Positions 19,501-29,549 of a stretch of DNA of 64,000 nucleotides are shown piece by piece (position 1 is the stretch's first letter; every line of letters begins with the position of its first letter). The DNA is from Sphingopyxis sp. (GTDB lineage Bacteria; Pseudomonadota; Alphaproteobacteria; Sphingomonadales; Sphingomonadaceae), in contig NZ_DASYHG010000009.1 in assembly GCF_035998905.1 (NCBI RefSeq), positions 1 to 64,000 of the forward strand, given 5' to 3'. The position numbers and the translations under genes were made by a program. Under the pieces are notes generated by a model, which did no database searches, was not told the DNA's origin, and saw only the letters and a list, made by a program, of their open reading frames with translations.

Positions 19501-20780
19501 CCCCGCGCCTTCATGATAGCCTTGTTGCGCGCCTCGAGCGTGCGGAACGCCGAAAAGACGCTCAGCCTTTCGTCGGGGCGCCCCTTGTGACCGAGTAGCC
19601 AGAGCTGCTGGTAGAACCAGTAGATGCCCGCAAAACCGTCGATCGCCTTGACCATCTGGAGGCGTTTCAGGAAGCCGAGCCAGCCGGGCACCAGCCCAAG
19701 GCCGTCCTCATAGCGCGGCAACGTCGCTTCGCCCGCCAGCAGCCGCTTCGGCGCGTCGGTCATCAGGCACATCGGCCGGCCCAGCCCGATGACGTCCGCG
19801 GCACCACCGGCGAGCGCCTGCTCCATCGCGGCGCGCGAACGGAACCCGCCGGTGACCATCAGCGGCACCGACACCCGCGCCTGCATCGCAAGCGCGAAAT
19901 CGACGAAATAGGCCTCGCGCGCGAGGGTCGACGGCGCGACATTCTGCGGCGCGCTTTCCTCCATGCCCTCAATCCCGAGCAGCTTCGGCTGTTCATAGGT
20001 GCCGCCCGAAATCTCGATCAGGTCGACGCTTGCGGCCTCCAGCCACCCCGCGACCGTCAGGCTGTCCTCGAAGGCAAAACCGCCCTTCTGGAAATCGGCG
20101 CTGTTGAGCTTGACCGAAATCGGGAACGCCGGCCCCGTCGCCGCGCGGATCGCCGCGATCACGTCGAGCAGCAGGCGCGCGCGATTTTCAAGGCTACCAC
20201 CATATTCGTCGGTGCGCCGGTTCGCGAGCGGGCTCAGGAACTGCGACACCAGATAACCATGCGCGGCGTGCACCTGCACCCCGGTAAAGCCCGCATCCTG
20301 GCATGCCTTCGCCGCGATCGCCCAGCGTTCGACGAGTTCGCCGATTTCCGCGCGCGTCAGCGGCTCGGGCTCGCCGAACTGTCCGCCGGGAAGCCCCAGC
20401 CGGACGTCCGACGCCGATTTGGGATGGCGATTGACGACCGCCGGCGTCTGCCGTCCGCTGTGGCTGATCTGCGCCCAGAAATGATTGCCGCTTCGCGTTG
20501 CGGCTGCAGCCCAGCGGGCCAGCCGCATCCTCGTGTCGGCGTCGGGCACCGCATCGATCACGACATTGCCCGGCCGTTCGAGATGGTCGCGGTCGATCAC
20601 CAGATTGCCGCCAATCAGCAGCCCCGCGCCGCCGTCCGACCACAGGCCGTAAAGCCGGTCGAGTTCGGGGGTCGGGCGGCCGTCGGGGGTCGCCATCCCT
20701 TCGGTCATCGCCGCCTTGGCGATCCGGTTGGGCAAGGTCGCGCCGCACGGCAGCGTCAGCGGTTCCGACAAAAGGCTCAT
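19497..20780 (-). CDS. NADH:flavin oxidoreductase, Old Yellow Enzyme family
   Basis: OYE-like TIM-barrel translation (HAAHGYLVSQFLSPLANRRTDEYGGSLENRARLLLDVI). Start set at MSLLSEPLTL. Confidence 0.75.
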   Translation of the reverse strand: MSLLSEPLTLPCGATLPNRIAKAAMTEGMATPDGRPTPELDRLYGLWSDGGAGLLIGGNLVIDRDHLERPGNVVIDAVPDADTRMRLARWAAAATRSGNHFWAQISHSGRQTPAVVNRHPKSASDVRLGLPGGQFGEPEPLTRAEIGELVERWAIAAKACQDAGFTGVQVHAAHGYLVSQFLSPLANRRTDEYGGSLENRARLLLDVIAAIRAATGPAFPISVKLNSADFQKGGFAFEDSLTVAGWLEAASVDLIEISGGTYEQPKLLGIEGMEESAPQNVAPSTLAREAYFVDFALAMQARVSVPLMVTGGFRSRAAMEQALAGGAADVIGLGRPMCLMTDAPKRLLAGEATLPRYEDGLGLVPGWLGFLKRLQMVKAIDGFAGIYWFYQQLWLLGHKGRPDERLSVFSAFRTLEARNKAIMKARG

Positions 20781-20921
20781 GCGCACCCTCCCCACCAGTT
20801 TTGTTGCGAAACCGACTGCCTCCGTGCGCGGGGCCGAGTCAAAAAGATTCGCGTATGTAATATTGTAACCTTGGTCATGTTATGCCATATCAGGCGTCGC
20901 AATCGTTGAACGGAGAATCGG

Positions 20922-21356
20922 GTGACGCACGTCGCCAGCCATGTCCCTGTCCTGACGCGCCTCGGCGCGGTGGTCCGGGCTGCGCGCGATTCGCGGCCGC
21001 TGACATCCTTGAGCGGCGACCAGCTCGCCATGGGCCTGTCGGGGCTGTGCCTCGTCCATTGCCTCGCGACGACGGTGTTTTTCGCCTCGATCGCATCAGT
21101 CGGCGGGGTGTTTCTCGACAATCACCTGTTCCACGAGATCGGGTTGATCATCGCGATCGGCTTTGCGCTCATCACGCTCGTTTCGGGCGTATTGAGCCAC
21201 GGCTATATGATGCCCTTCGCGGTCGGCAGCTTCGGACTCGGCATGATGGCGGGCGCGCTGTCGCGGCCGCACGACGGCAGCGAAGTGCTCGCGACGATGA
21301 TCGGTGTTGCCGTCGTCGCACTGGGGCACGACCTCAACCGCCGCGCGCGGCACTGA
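20922..21356 (+). CDS. small integral membrane protein, MerC-like / metal-associated (tentative)
   Basis: 144 aa with a GTG start after GGAG. Polytopic, with a CLVHC cysteine pair inside the first TM helix. Sits immediately upstream of a Fur-family regulator. Confidence 0.45.
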   Translation: MTHVASHVPVLTRLGAVVRAARDSRPLTSLSGDQLAMGLSGLCLVHCLATTVFFASIASVGGVFLDNHLFHEIGLIIAIGFALITLVSGVLSHGYMMPFAVGSFGLGMMAGALSRPHDGSEVLATMIGVAVVALGHDLNRRARH

Positions 21357-21456
21357 TCCCACCGCATCGGAGATGTCCGCAACTTGCGGGCGCCCCATAA
21401 ACAGCCTACATTATGTCTTAGTTAGCGCGGGATTTCCCACGCCTGAGGAAACGCCA

Positions 21457-21921
21457 ATGGGCAAGCATGACCATCCGCACGTCGAGGCCAGCGGCGCCTC
21501 GCTCGCCAAGGCGGCGCAGACCGCGCTCGAGGGCGCGGGCGAAGCGTGGACCGACATGCGCGCACAGATTTTCGACGCGGTTGCCGAAATCGGCAAGCCC
21601 GCGAGCGCCTATGAAATCGCCGACATCGTCTCGCAGAAGCGCGGCAAGCGCGTCGCGCCGAACAGCGTCTATCGCATCCTCGACCTGTTCGTCGCGAACA
21701 ACCTCGTCCGCCGCGTCGAGAGCGCCAACGCCTTTGTCGCGAACAGCCATCCGGGCTGCCTCCACGACTGCATCTTCCTGATCTGCGACACCTGCGGCAC
21801 CGCGGTGCATGTCGACGACGACAAATTGTCGACCGGCGTGCGCGCCGCCGCCGAAAAGACCGGCTTCGCCGCCGAACGCCCGGTGATCGAGGTGCGCGGC
21901 AAATGCGCCGAGTGCCAATAA
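21457..21921 (+). CDS. Fur family transcriptional regulator (likely Zur)
   Basis: 154 aa from MGKHDHPHVEASG after a GAGGAA RBS. The winged-helix region is followed by C-x-x-C...C-x-x-C (CDTCGTAVH...CAECQ). The upstream 51 codons of the ORF-track call are rejected. Confidence 0.75.
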   Translation: MGKHDHPHVEASGASLAKAAQTALEGAGEAWTDMRAQIFDAVAEIGKPASAYEIADIVSQKRGKRVAPNSVYRILDLFVANNLVRRVESANAFVANSHPGCLHDCIFLICDTCGTAVHVDDDKLSTGVRAAAEKTGFAAERPVIEVRGKCAECQ

Positions 21922-21955
21922 GGTGAGCCGCCGCGCTCCGCCGGACCGCTAGGGC

Positions 21956-22792
21956 GTGATCGGGGGGCTTCAGCATTGGATCGAGGCGCAGCGGACGCGT
22001 CCGCCCGCGCCCACGCGCTGGTGGTATGGGACGCTGGCGTTCGGCATCGCGACCCTCCTCTTCGGCCTTCACCTGACGCAGGTCTTCCCGCAGTCGGGGC
22101 ATGACATCGCGCCGGGATATGGCCCGCCCGTCCTTGCGTTCGAATTCGCCGGCGGCCAGGCCGATCTCGAAGCGATCTTCGGCTTTTTCACCGACCCGCA
22201 GCAGGTGACGCGCCTCGCCGCGATGCGCACGGGGAACGAGCACGACTATCTCTATATGCTGCTCTACGCGGGCTTCCTCGCCAGCGGCTGCATCGCGCTG
22301 TGGCGCGAGCTTCGCCTCCGCCCGATCCTCGCTGCGGCGCTGCTGCCGGTCGCCGCAGCGCTGTGCGACGCGTATGAAAACTGGCTGCTCTTCGATATCC
22401 AGGCCGCCTTTACCGCGGGCGATTATTCGCCAGCGATGGCGAGCCTGCCCTATCCCGTCGCGGCGAAATTCCTGTTGCTGGCGGCGACCAACGTCGCGAT
22501 CGGCGCAGCCGCAATGCGGCTCGGCCGCTGGTGGGCCTTGTTCGGGACGATCGCGATCCTCGCCGCGATCCCGACGGTGATGGCGATCATCACGCCTGCC
22601 GCATTCGCCTGGGCGCTGATCCCGTCGGCCGCAGGCGGCTGGTTCCTGCTGCTCGCGCTTGCGGCCGCCGGAAGCTGGCAAGCATTCGCCCGCAACCGGC
22701 CACTCGTCGATCGGGAGAACTCCGCCGTCGAACCGGGCGAAGCCCCAACCGCCGCCCCGGCGCGCCCGGTGTTCGGCCGCCGCCGCACCTGA
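21956..22792 (+). CDS. hypothetical integral membrane protein
   Basis: 278 aa with about 6 predicted TM helices and no recognisable family. The coding is supported mainly by ORF length and hydrophobic periodicity. Confidence 0.4.
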   Translation: MIGGLQHWIEAQRTRPPAPTRWWYGTLAFGIATLLFGLHLTQVFPQSGHDIAPGYGPPVLAFEFAGGQADLEAIFGFFTDPQQVTRLAAMRTGNEHDYLYMLLYAGFLASGCIALWRELRLRPILAAALLPVAAALCDAYENWLLFDIQAAFTAGDYSPAMASLPYPVAAKFLLLAATNVAIGAAAMRLGRWWALFGTIAILAAIPTVMAIITPAAFAWALIPSAAGGWFLLLALAAAGSWQAFARNRPLVDRENSAVEPGEAPTAAPARPVFGRRRT

Positions 22793-22861
22793 CCCCTTGT
22801 CCACCCCGGCCGTCGAGGTCTAGGGAGGCCGCGAATCCCGAAAAAGGGCGAAAGGCTGCAC

Positions 22862-24385
22862 ATGAACACCGTGATCATCCGCGAAGACGACCTCATCGAA
22901 ACGATCGCCGACGCGCTCCAGTACATCAGCTATTTCCATCCGATGGACTATATCCGCGCATTGGGCGCCGCCTATGAACGCGAAGTCTCGCCCGCCGCGA
23001 AGGACGCGATGGCGCAGATCCTCTCGAACAGCCGCATGTGTGCCGAGGGGCATCGCCCGATCTGCCAGGATACGGGTATCGTCACCGTGTTCATCAAATG
23101 GGGCATGGACTGCCGCCTCGACTCACCCCGCAGCCTGCAACAGGTCGTCGACGAGGGCGTGCGCAAGGCCTATCTCCACCCCGAGAACAAGCTCCGCGCC
23201 TCGATCCTCGCCGACCCGGCGTTCAGCCGCGTCAACACGAAAGACAACACGCCCTCGGTGCTCAACGTCGAAATGGTCCCCGGCGCGAAGGTCCATATCG
23301 ACGTCGCCGCGAAGGGCGGCGGCAGCGAGAATAAATCGAAGTTCAAGATGATGAACCCGTCGGATTCGATCGTCGACTGGGTGCTCGAAATGGTGCCGCA
23401 GATGGGCGCCGGCTGGTGCCCGCCGGGCATGCTCGGCATCGGCATCGGCGGCACGGCCGAAAAGGCGATGCTGCTCGCCAAACAGTCGCTGATGGACCCG
23501 ATCGACATGACCGAGCTGCTCGCGCGCGGGCCGTCGAACCCGACCGAGGAACTGCGCATCGAGCTTTATGAAAAGGTCAACGCGCTCGGCATCGGCGCGC
23601 AGGGTCTCGGCGGGCTCGCCACCGTGCTCGACGTCAAGATCAATGACTGGCCGACACACGCCGCGTCGAAACCCGTCGCGATGATCCCGAACTGCGCCGC
23701 GACCCGCCACGCGCATGTCACGCTCGACGGCAGCGGACCGGCCTTCCTCGAACCGCCGGTACTCGCCGACTATCCGCAGATCGACTGGGCGCCCGACAAG
23801 GCGGCGATCCGTGTCGACCTCGACAATCTGACCCCCGAGGTCGTTGCAAGCTGGAAGCAGGGCGACCGCCTGCTTCTCAACGGCAAGATGCTCACCGGCC
23901 GCGACGCCGCGCACAAACGCATCGCCGACATGCTCGCCAAGGGCGAGGAACTGCCCGTCGAGTTCAAGGGCCGCGTCATCTATTATGTCGGCCCGGTCGA
24001 TCCGGTCGGCGAAGAAATCGTGGGTCCCGCCGGCCCGACGACCGCGACCCGCATGGACAAGTTCATGGACATGATGCTCGATCAGGGCCTGCTCGCCTGC
24101 GTCGGCAAGGCCGAACGCGGCCCCGCCGCGACACAGGCGATCGCGAAGCACAAGAGCGCCTATCTGATGGCGGTCGGCGGCGCGGCTTACCTTGTCGCGC
24201 GCGCTATCAAGGGCAGCAAGGTCGTCGGCTTCGCCGACCTCGGCATGGAGGCGATCTACGAGTTCGAGGTCAGCGACTTCCCTGTCACCGTCGCGGTCGA
24301 CAGCGAAGGCCAGAATGTCCACGTCAACGCGCCGATGCTATGGCAGAAGCGGATCAAGGACGAGGGACTGCTCGAAAAGGCGTAA
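22862..24385 (+). CDS. fumarate hydratase class I ([4Fe-4S], FumA/FumB type)
   Basis: 507 aa carrying both the alpha (catalytic) and beta regions of class I fumarase (MNTVIIREDDLIETIADALQYISYFHP...CQDTGIV...). Confidence 0.9.
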   Translation: MNTVIIREDDLIETIADALQYISYFHPMDYIRALGAAYEREVSPAAKDAMAQILSNSRMCAEGHRPICQDTGIVTVFIKWGMDCRLDSPRSLQQVVDEGVRKAYLHPENKLRASILADPAFSRVNTKDNTPSVLNVEMVPGAKVHIDVAAKGGGSENKSKFKMMNPSDSIVDWVLEMVPQMGAGWCPPGMLGIGIGGTAEKAMLLAKQSLMDPIDMTELLARGPSNPTEELRIELYEKVNALGIGAQGLGGLATVLDVKINDWPTHAASKPVAMIPNCAATRHAHVTLDGSGPAFLEPPVLADYPQIDWAPDKAAIRVDLDNLTPEVVASWKQGDRLLLNGKMLTGRDAAHKRIADMLAKGEELPVEFKGRVIYYVGPVDPVGEEIVGPAGPTTATRMDKFMDMMLDQGLLACVGKAERGPAATQAIAKHKSAYLMAVGGAAYLVARAIKGSKVVGFADLGMEAIYEFEVSDFPVTVAVDSEGQNVHVNAPMLWQKRIKDEGLLEKA

Positions 24386-24397
24386 GGGACCGGGGCG

Positions 24398-24889
24398 ATG
24401 GCGGACAAACAGGCAATCGACCTCTTCTCGCCCCTCTCGCCCGAAGATATCGCGCGCAAGCTCAAGACGATCATGGACGACCCGATGCCGGACGCGAAGG
24501 CGCGCGTGTTCGGCAAGGGCAGCGAGCGCGAGATGACGCTGCGCTACCTGCGCCGCAACGTCCGCACGAATATCGAGCCCGCGCTCGATGCGATGATGGA
24601 AGCGCACGGCGGCGGGACGCGGATCACGGGCAGCTTCGGCGCGCCGCCCGCAGCGCGCTATTTTCCCTGCGCCTTTGTCGGGTTCCTGTCGCTGTTCGTG
24701 ATCGGCGGCGGCGCGGCCTTTCTCTTCCTTCCCGGCGCCGAACTGTTCGGGATCATCTTCGCCGGCATTCCGTTGCTGATGATGATCGCCGCGCTCCTCG
24801 CCTTTCGCTCGCAACGGCCCGCCAGCGAGGACCTGGCCGAAATCCTGGCCTTCCTCGACCGCGAAATCGGCGCCCGCCCCGTCACGTAA
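24398..24889 (+). CDS. hypothetical membrane protein
   Basis: 163 aa. Soluble N-terminus followed by two TM helices (FVGFLSLFVIGGGAAFLFLPGAELFGIIFAGIPLLMMIAALLAF). Confidence 0.4.
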   Translation: MADKQAIDLFSPLSPEDIARKLKTIMDDPMPDAKARVFGKGSEREMTLRYLRRNVRTNIEPALDAMMEAHGGGTRITGSFGAPPAARYFPCAFVGFLSLFVIGGGAAFLFLPGAELFGIIFAGIPLLMMIAALLAFRSQRPASEDLAEILAFLDREIGARPVT

Positions 24890-24967
24890 CGGTAAGTCCC
24901 CGCCACGGCCTTGCGTTTCCCCGCCGTTCCGGCACATTGCTTCGCATACGAAGCAGACAGGGGACGC

Positions 24968-26506
24968 ATGATGGATTTCCGTGAGCTTGACCGACTGAAC
25001 CGCCGCGACATGCTGCGCGGTACCGCGATGCTGGGGGCAGGCGCGGCGTTCATGCAGCCCCTCCCGCTCTGGGCGCAGTCGGGGACGATGACGGATATCC
25101 GCAAGGCGGCCGAAGCTGGCAAGCAGGCTTCGATCAAGCGCATTCGCGACTGGATCGCCCTCCCCTCGATCGCCGCCGAAAACCGCAGCATGACCGAGGG
25201 CGCGGCCTATATGGCCGAGCTCGCGAAGGACGCCGGCTTCACCAATGTCGAGATCGTGCCCACCGATGGCCATCCGGGCGTGTTCGGCACGATCGACGTC
25301 GGCGCCCCGCGCACGCTCGGCATCTATTTCATGTACGACGTCAAACAGTTCGACCCCGCCGAATGGTCGTCGCCGCCGCTCGAGGGCAAGATGGTCGAGC
25401 GCCCCGGTTTCGGGCAGGCGATCATGGGCCGCGGCGCCGTGAACCAGAAGGGCCCCGAAGCCGCTTTCCTTGCCGCGCTCCACGCGATCCGCGCCGCAGG
25501 GCGCAAGCTGCCCGTCAACATCGTGCTCGTGTGCGAAGGCGAAGAGGAGATCGGTTCGCCGCACTTCCGCCAGATCGCGACCAAGCCGAACATCCTCGCC
25601 GCCTTGAAGAAGTGCGAAGGCATTTTCATCCCCTTCGCATCGCAAGGCAAGACGGGCAACGTCACGGTCAATCTGGGGTCGAAGGGCATCATCGAACTCG
25701 AACTGATCGCGAGCGGCGAGAAATGGGGCCGCGGGCCGAAGGGCGACGTCCATTCAAGCCTGAAAGCGATGGTCGATTCGCCCGCATGGCGGCTGGTGCA
25801 GGCGCTCCAGACGCTTGTCACCGAGGGCGGCAACAAGCCCGCGATCGAGGGCTGGTTCGAAAATGTCCGCCCGCTCACGACACGCGAAAAGACGCTGATC
25901 CGCGAAGCGGCGAAGGCGGGCGACGAGGCGCAGCAGAAGGCGGCGCTCGGTGTCACCCACTGGATCGACAACCTCTCGTACGACGACGCGCTGATCCGCC
26001 TCGCGCAGGAGCCGACGGTCAATATCGAAGGACTCGTCGCGGGCTACACCGGCCCCGGCGGCAAGACGATCCTGCCCGGCAAGGCGGTCGCCAAGCTCGA
26101 CCTGCGCCTCGTCCCCAACCAGACGCGCGCCGAGGCCGAGAAGAAACTGCGCGCGCATCTCGACAAGCATGGTTTCACCGACGTCGAGGTCAATGTGTCG
26201 GGCGGTTACGACCCAACCGAGGTCGCCGAAGACAGCCGCCTCGTTCGCAGCGAACTCGCAACCTACAAGAAGCTCGGCGTCACGACGAGCCTCAACCCGC
26301 GCATGGCGGGAAGCTGGCCGGGCTCGACCTTTACCGCGCCGCCGGTGTCGATCCCCGCGGCGCATTTCGGCATCGGCCACGGATCGGGGGCGCACGCTCC
26401 CGACGAATATTTCCTCATCGATTCGACCAATCCAAAGGTCGCGGGGCTGGTCGACGCGACGATGGGCTTTGCCGAATTCCTCTACGTGCTGGCGGCGATC
26501 AAATAG
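24968..26506 (+). CDS. M20 family metallopeptidase (dipeptidase), Tat-exported
   Basis: Starts MMDFRELDRLNRRDMLRGTAMLGAGAAF, a twin-arginine signal. The M20 catalytic and dimerisation domains follow (HPGVFGTIDVG...GEEEIGSPH...GSGAHAPDE). Confidence 0.8.
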   Translation: MMDFRELDRLNRRDMLRGTAMLGAGAAFMQPLPLWAQSGTMTDIRKAAEAGKQASIKRIRDWIALPSIAAENRSMTEGAAYMAELAKDAGFTNVEIVPTDGHPGVFGTIDVGAPRTLGIYFMYDVKQFDPAEWSSPPLEGKMVERPGFGQAIMGRGAVNQKGPEAAFLAALHAIRAAGRKLPVNIVLVCEGEEEIGSPHFRQIATKPNILAALKKCEGIFIPFASQGKTGNVTVNLGSKGIIELELIASGEKWGRGPKGDVHSSLKAMVDSPAWRLVQALQTLVTEGGNKPAIEGWFENVRPLTTREKTLIREAAKAGDEAQQKAALGVTHWIDNLSYDDALIRLAQEPTVNIEGLVAGYTGPGGKTILPGKAVAKLDLRLVPNQTRAEAEKKLRAHLDKHGFTDVEVNVSGGYDPTEVAEDSRLVRSELATYKKLGVTTSLNPRMAGSWPGSTFTAPPVSIPAAHFGIGHGSGAHAPDEYFLIDSTNPKVAGLVDATMGFAEFLYVLAAIK

Positions 26507-26516
26507 GGAGCGGCAG

Positions 26517-26978
26517 ATGAGCGACCTCAACGGCGTCGCGCACGTCATCCTGACCGCGGGCGACTTTGCGCGCTCGACGGCCTTCTGGCGCGACATGATC
26601 GGCTATCTCGATCTCAAAATCGTGCTCGACAGCGAATATATGCTCTATGGCGTCGGCGGCCGCACCGCGATCGGCATCCGCACGGGCAGCCCGGAAAATG
26701 CCGGAAAACGCTTCGACCAGGGTGCGCCCGGGCTGCATCATGCCTGTTTCCGGATGCGCGACCGTGCCGCGGTCGACGCCGTCGGCGCCTTCCTCGCAGC
26801 ACGCGGCGACATCCATATCGTCCATGCGCCGCAGGAAGAGCCGTGGGCACCCGGCTATTATTCGATCCTGTTCGAGGATCCCGACGGTATCCGCATCGAA
26901 TTCAACCATGTCCCCGGCATCGGCCTGCTCGCCGACGGACAGGAAATCGGGAGCGCCGACGCGTTCGACGGAAGCTGA
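26517..26978 (+). CDS. VOC/glyoxalase-bleomycin-resistance family protein
   Basis: 153 aa from MSDLNGVAHVILTAGDFARSTAFW after a GGGAG RBS. Paired beta-alpha-beta-beta-beta modules typical of VOC enzymes. Confidence 0.7.
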   Translation: MSDLNGVAHVILTAGDFARSTAFWRDMIGYLDLKIVLDSEYMLYGVGGRTAIGIRTGSPENAGKRFDQGAPGLHHACFRMRDRAAVDAVGAFLAARGDIHIVHAPQEEPWAPGYYSILFEDPDGIRIEFNHVPGIGLLADGQEIGSADAFDGS

Positions 26979-26991
26979 TTTCGCGCGAGGA

Positions 26992-28173
26992 CTAAAACCC
27001 GTACACCAAAGTGAAGCGCGTCTGCGTATCGACCTTTTCGATCCCCGGCGGCGGGCTCGTGTCGATCTGCGCCGAATAGGCGATGCGCGCGGACAGCGCG
27101 CCGGTCAGCTTGGCGTTGAGCGCAGTCTGCGAACTGGTCGAGCTGTTGGCCTCGCCGATGATCGTCGAGGCGACCTGCGTCAGCCGCAGCGTCGGCGACA
27201 ATTGCCAGCCGAAATCCAGCCCTGCAAGCGCGGTCAATTCGGTATCGTCCCCGCCATTGACGAAATCGGTCTGGCGGAACGCCGGCCCGCCCTTCAGGCT
27301 GAGCGTCATCTTCTTGCTGTCGACGACCTTGTACCCAAGCCCACCCGACAGGTTCCAGCGCGTGTCATATCCGAGGATCCGGTCATGTTCCCAGCGCGTG
27401 AGGCCATAAGCGAAGGTGCGGTCGTCGATCCTGTATTGCGGCTCCAGCTCGGTCAGATAGCGTTCGACCGACGTCTTGCCGTTGGTCCGCTGGTAATCGG
27501 CCTGCGCGCGAAACCTGTACGTCCAGTCGATCCCCTTGCGCGCGAGCGCGACGCCGGCGCTCAGCCCCACTGAATTGGTGTTGCCGCTGCTCTGCGACGC
27601 GCCGATCTGCCCCTCGCCCTTCCAGTTCTGCCAGAATTTCGCCGCCGCCAGCTTCGCGCGCTCGGCCGCCGCCGCCTCGTCGCGCAGCCGCTTGCGCTCG
27701 GCGCGATAGGCGATCAGCCTTTCCTCGATCTCCGCTGCATTCTCGGGATTGGTTTCCTTTGCGAGCTTGCCGACCGCCTCGACATCGGCATCCCTCGCGC
27801 TCGCGATCGCGGCCGCGAGCATGTTGCCCACCGGGTCGGGCGGCGTTTCCGGCGGATGCCCGCTGCGATAATAAGCGAGCAGCGCATCGATCTCGCCGAT
27901 ATTGCCGGGATTGGTCCGCCGGGCGAATTTCGCGACGGCTTCGACATCGTCATTGTCGCCGGTCGCGAAGGCGGCGTCGATCATCGCGCGCACCGCGACG
28001 GGCAGTTCGGGATCGAGCGGCACAAGCACCGTCGGGATCGGGTTCGCCAGCACCGGATCGACGAGCAAAGGGTTCGGCTGGAGCGAGTCTGCCGGATCCT
28101 GCATCGCATGCGCCGTCGGTACGGCGAGCGCAAACGGCAGGCAAAGCGCGGCCAGGCGGGGGAGAGCTGTCAC
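26992..28173 (-). CDS. DUF481 (YdiY-like) outer-membrane beta-barrel protein with an N-terminal tandem-repeat extension
   Basis: Has a signal peptide. The C-terminal ~230 aa read as alternating beta strands ending in the aromatic ...RFTLVYGF, typical of DUF481. The N-terminal region carries two ~30-aa repeats (DVEAV.K.A..TNP.N..EI...). Confidence 0.6.
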   Translation of the reverse strand: MTALPRLAALCLPFALAVPTAHAMQDPADSLQPNPLLVDPVLANPIPTVLVPLDPELPVAVRAMIDAAFATGDNDDVEAVAKFARRTNPGNIGEIDALLAYYRSGHPPETPPDPVGNMLAAAIASARDADVEAVGKLAKETNPENAAEIEERLIAYRAERKRLRDEAAAAERAKLAAAKFWQNWKGEGQIGASQSSGNTNSVGLSAGVALARKGIDWTYRFRAQADYQRTNGKTSVERYLTELEPQYRIDDRTFAYGLTRWEHDRILGYDTRWNLSGGLGYKVVDSKKMTLSLKGGPAFRQTDFVNGGDDTELTALAGLDFGWQLSPTLRLTQVASTIIGEANSSTSSQTALNAKLTGALSARIAYSAQIDTSPPPGIEKVDTQTRFTLVYGF

Positions 28174-28305
28174 CGAAGACGTCCTTCTCTGGGGGCAGAA
28201 GCCGGGTTCGTTCGATCGATCGCGCGGGGCCGGTGCGCGAACGGTGCGCCCCTATAACCCGAATGTTGCTGGCATTTCCACCCCGCGTCCCCCATTTGCA
28301 AACCT

Positions 28306-28581
28306 ATGGTAATCGCGCTCATCGCCATTTTCTGCGCCGGGGTCGGCAATTTCGCAATGCACCGTGCCTTCATGGAAAGCGACGACCCGCTGATCCAGCA
28401 GATGGTAAGGCCGCTCGCGGACAAGGTCGGGCCGAACATCACGTACGTCTTCGAATTCCTGCTGCTCGTCGGCACGATGGCCATCGCGACGCGGAACTGG
28501 TTCACGGCGCTGATGCTCTATGGCCTCTACACCATCTTCAACGCGATGGCGTTCAGCTGGATCATGCAAAGACCGCGATAA
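28306..28581 (+). CDS. small membrane protein, hypothetical
   Basis: 91 aa with two TM helices, transcribed divergently from the DUF481 gene. Confidence 0.35.
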   Translation: MVIALIAIFCAGVGNFAMHRAFMESDDPLIQQMVRPLADKVGPNITYVFEFLLLVGTMAIATRNWFTALMLYGLYTIFNAMAFSWIMQRPR

Positions 28582-28589
28582 GCCGCGGC

Positions 28590-29549
28590 CTACCAGGCGG
28601 GACCGGCGATCGGCAGGCCCTGCGCCTTGAGCTGGTCGAGCACGCCGTCCTTTTCGGCAAGAATGCGCAAGGGAACCACCGCCAGCGTCACGCCGGGCTG
28701 CGCCGTCGCATCGCGGATCGCGCCGACCCACGTCTGCCGCAGCTCGGGACCGAAACTGTCGTTCGTCCACGGCCAACAGCGTCCGAGCGCTTCTTCGAGC
28801 GGGCTCGCCATTACCGCGGGCACATCGAATTCGGTCCACGCGCGGCCGCGCTCGATCACCACATCGCCCTCCGCCTCCGTCGCCGCCATCGCGGCTTCGA
28901 GGCACGGGATATGCGTTTCGGGCGCGGCGGCGAACAGATTGTCGAGCATATCCTCGCCGCGCACTTCGCCGACAGGCTGGGTCGGGATTTTCGACTGCCG
29001 CGCCGCCTTGCGCACGACGTCGGAGGCGTCGTCGGTCGTGTCCTTGTTGAACGACAGCCGTTTCGAGAGCAGGTCGAACGCGGTCATCAGGAAATTCCCG
29101 CGCGCATAATCCTGCCCGAAACGCGTTTCGAGCGCGTGGAGCCGCTTCATCTGCGCCGCGTCCAGATAGTCGCCGGCGACGCGCCCCTTCGGCAATCTGG
29201 TGAGCCCGCCGCCCTTGAAGATCAGCCGCAATATGTCGCCCGGCGACACCTTCGCCTTGGTGCCGAGGATGACGCGCTGCGCGCGGTCGGTCGCACCTTC
29301 GAGCCGCTCCGGGCGCCACGGCGTCGCCTTCGGTACGCCGGCGATCTCGCCGACGAGGATGACGACGCCGGAGCGCGTCTCGATCGTCCACATCGGCGCG
29401 CCCGAGCGGCGCGCGGTGACGACGATTTCGTCATTTGCCTGATCGGTGGCCGCCGGTTCGCTCGCCGAAGCCGGGACCGTCGCCGCCAGAACTGCGACGC
29501 CCAACAGGAAACCGAACGCGCGCATCAGGCGACGCCGTGATACCACCAC
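28590..29549 (-). CDS. TraB/GumN family protein
   Basis: 319 aa. The N-terminus has a Tat/Sec-like signal (MVVSRRRLMRAFGFLLGVAVLAATVPASA). The remainder reads as the TraB/GumN/PrgY-like fold. Confidence 0.6.
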   Translation of the reverse strand: MVVSRRRLMRAFGFLLGVAVLAATVPASASEPAATDQANDEIVVTARRSGAPMWTIETRSGVVILVGEIAGVPKATPWRPERLEGATDRAQRVILGTKAKVSPGDILRLIFKGGGLTRLPKGRVAGDYLDAAQMKRLHALETRFGQDYARGNFLMTAFDLLSKRLSFNKDTTDDASDVVRKAARQSKIPTQPVGEVRGEDMLDNLFAAAPETHIPCLEAAMAATEAEGDVVIERGRAWTEFDVPAVMASPLEEALGRCWPWTNDSFGPELRQTWVGAIRDATAQPGVTLAVVPLRILAEKDGVLDQLKAQGLPIAGPAW

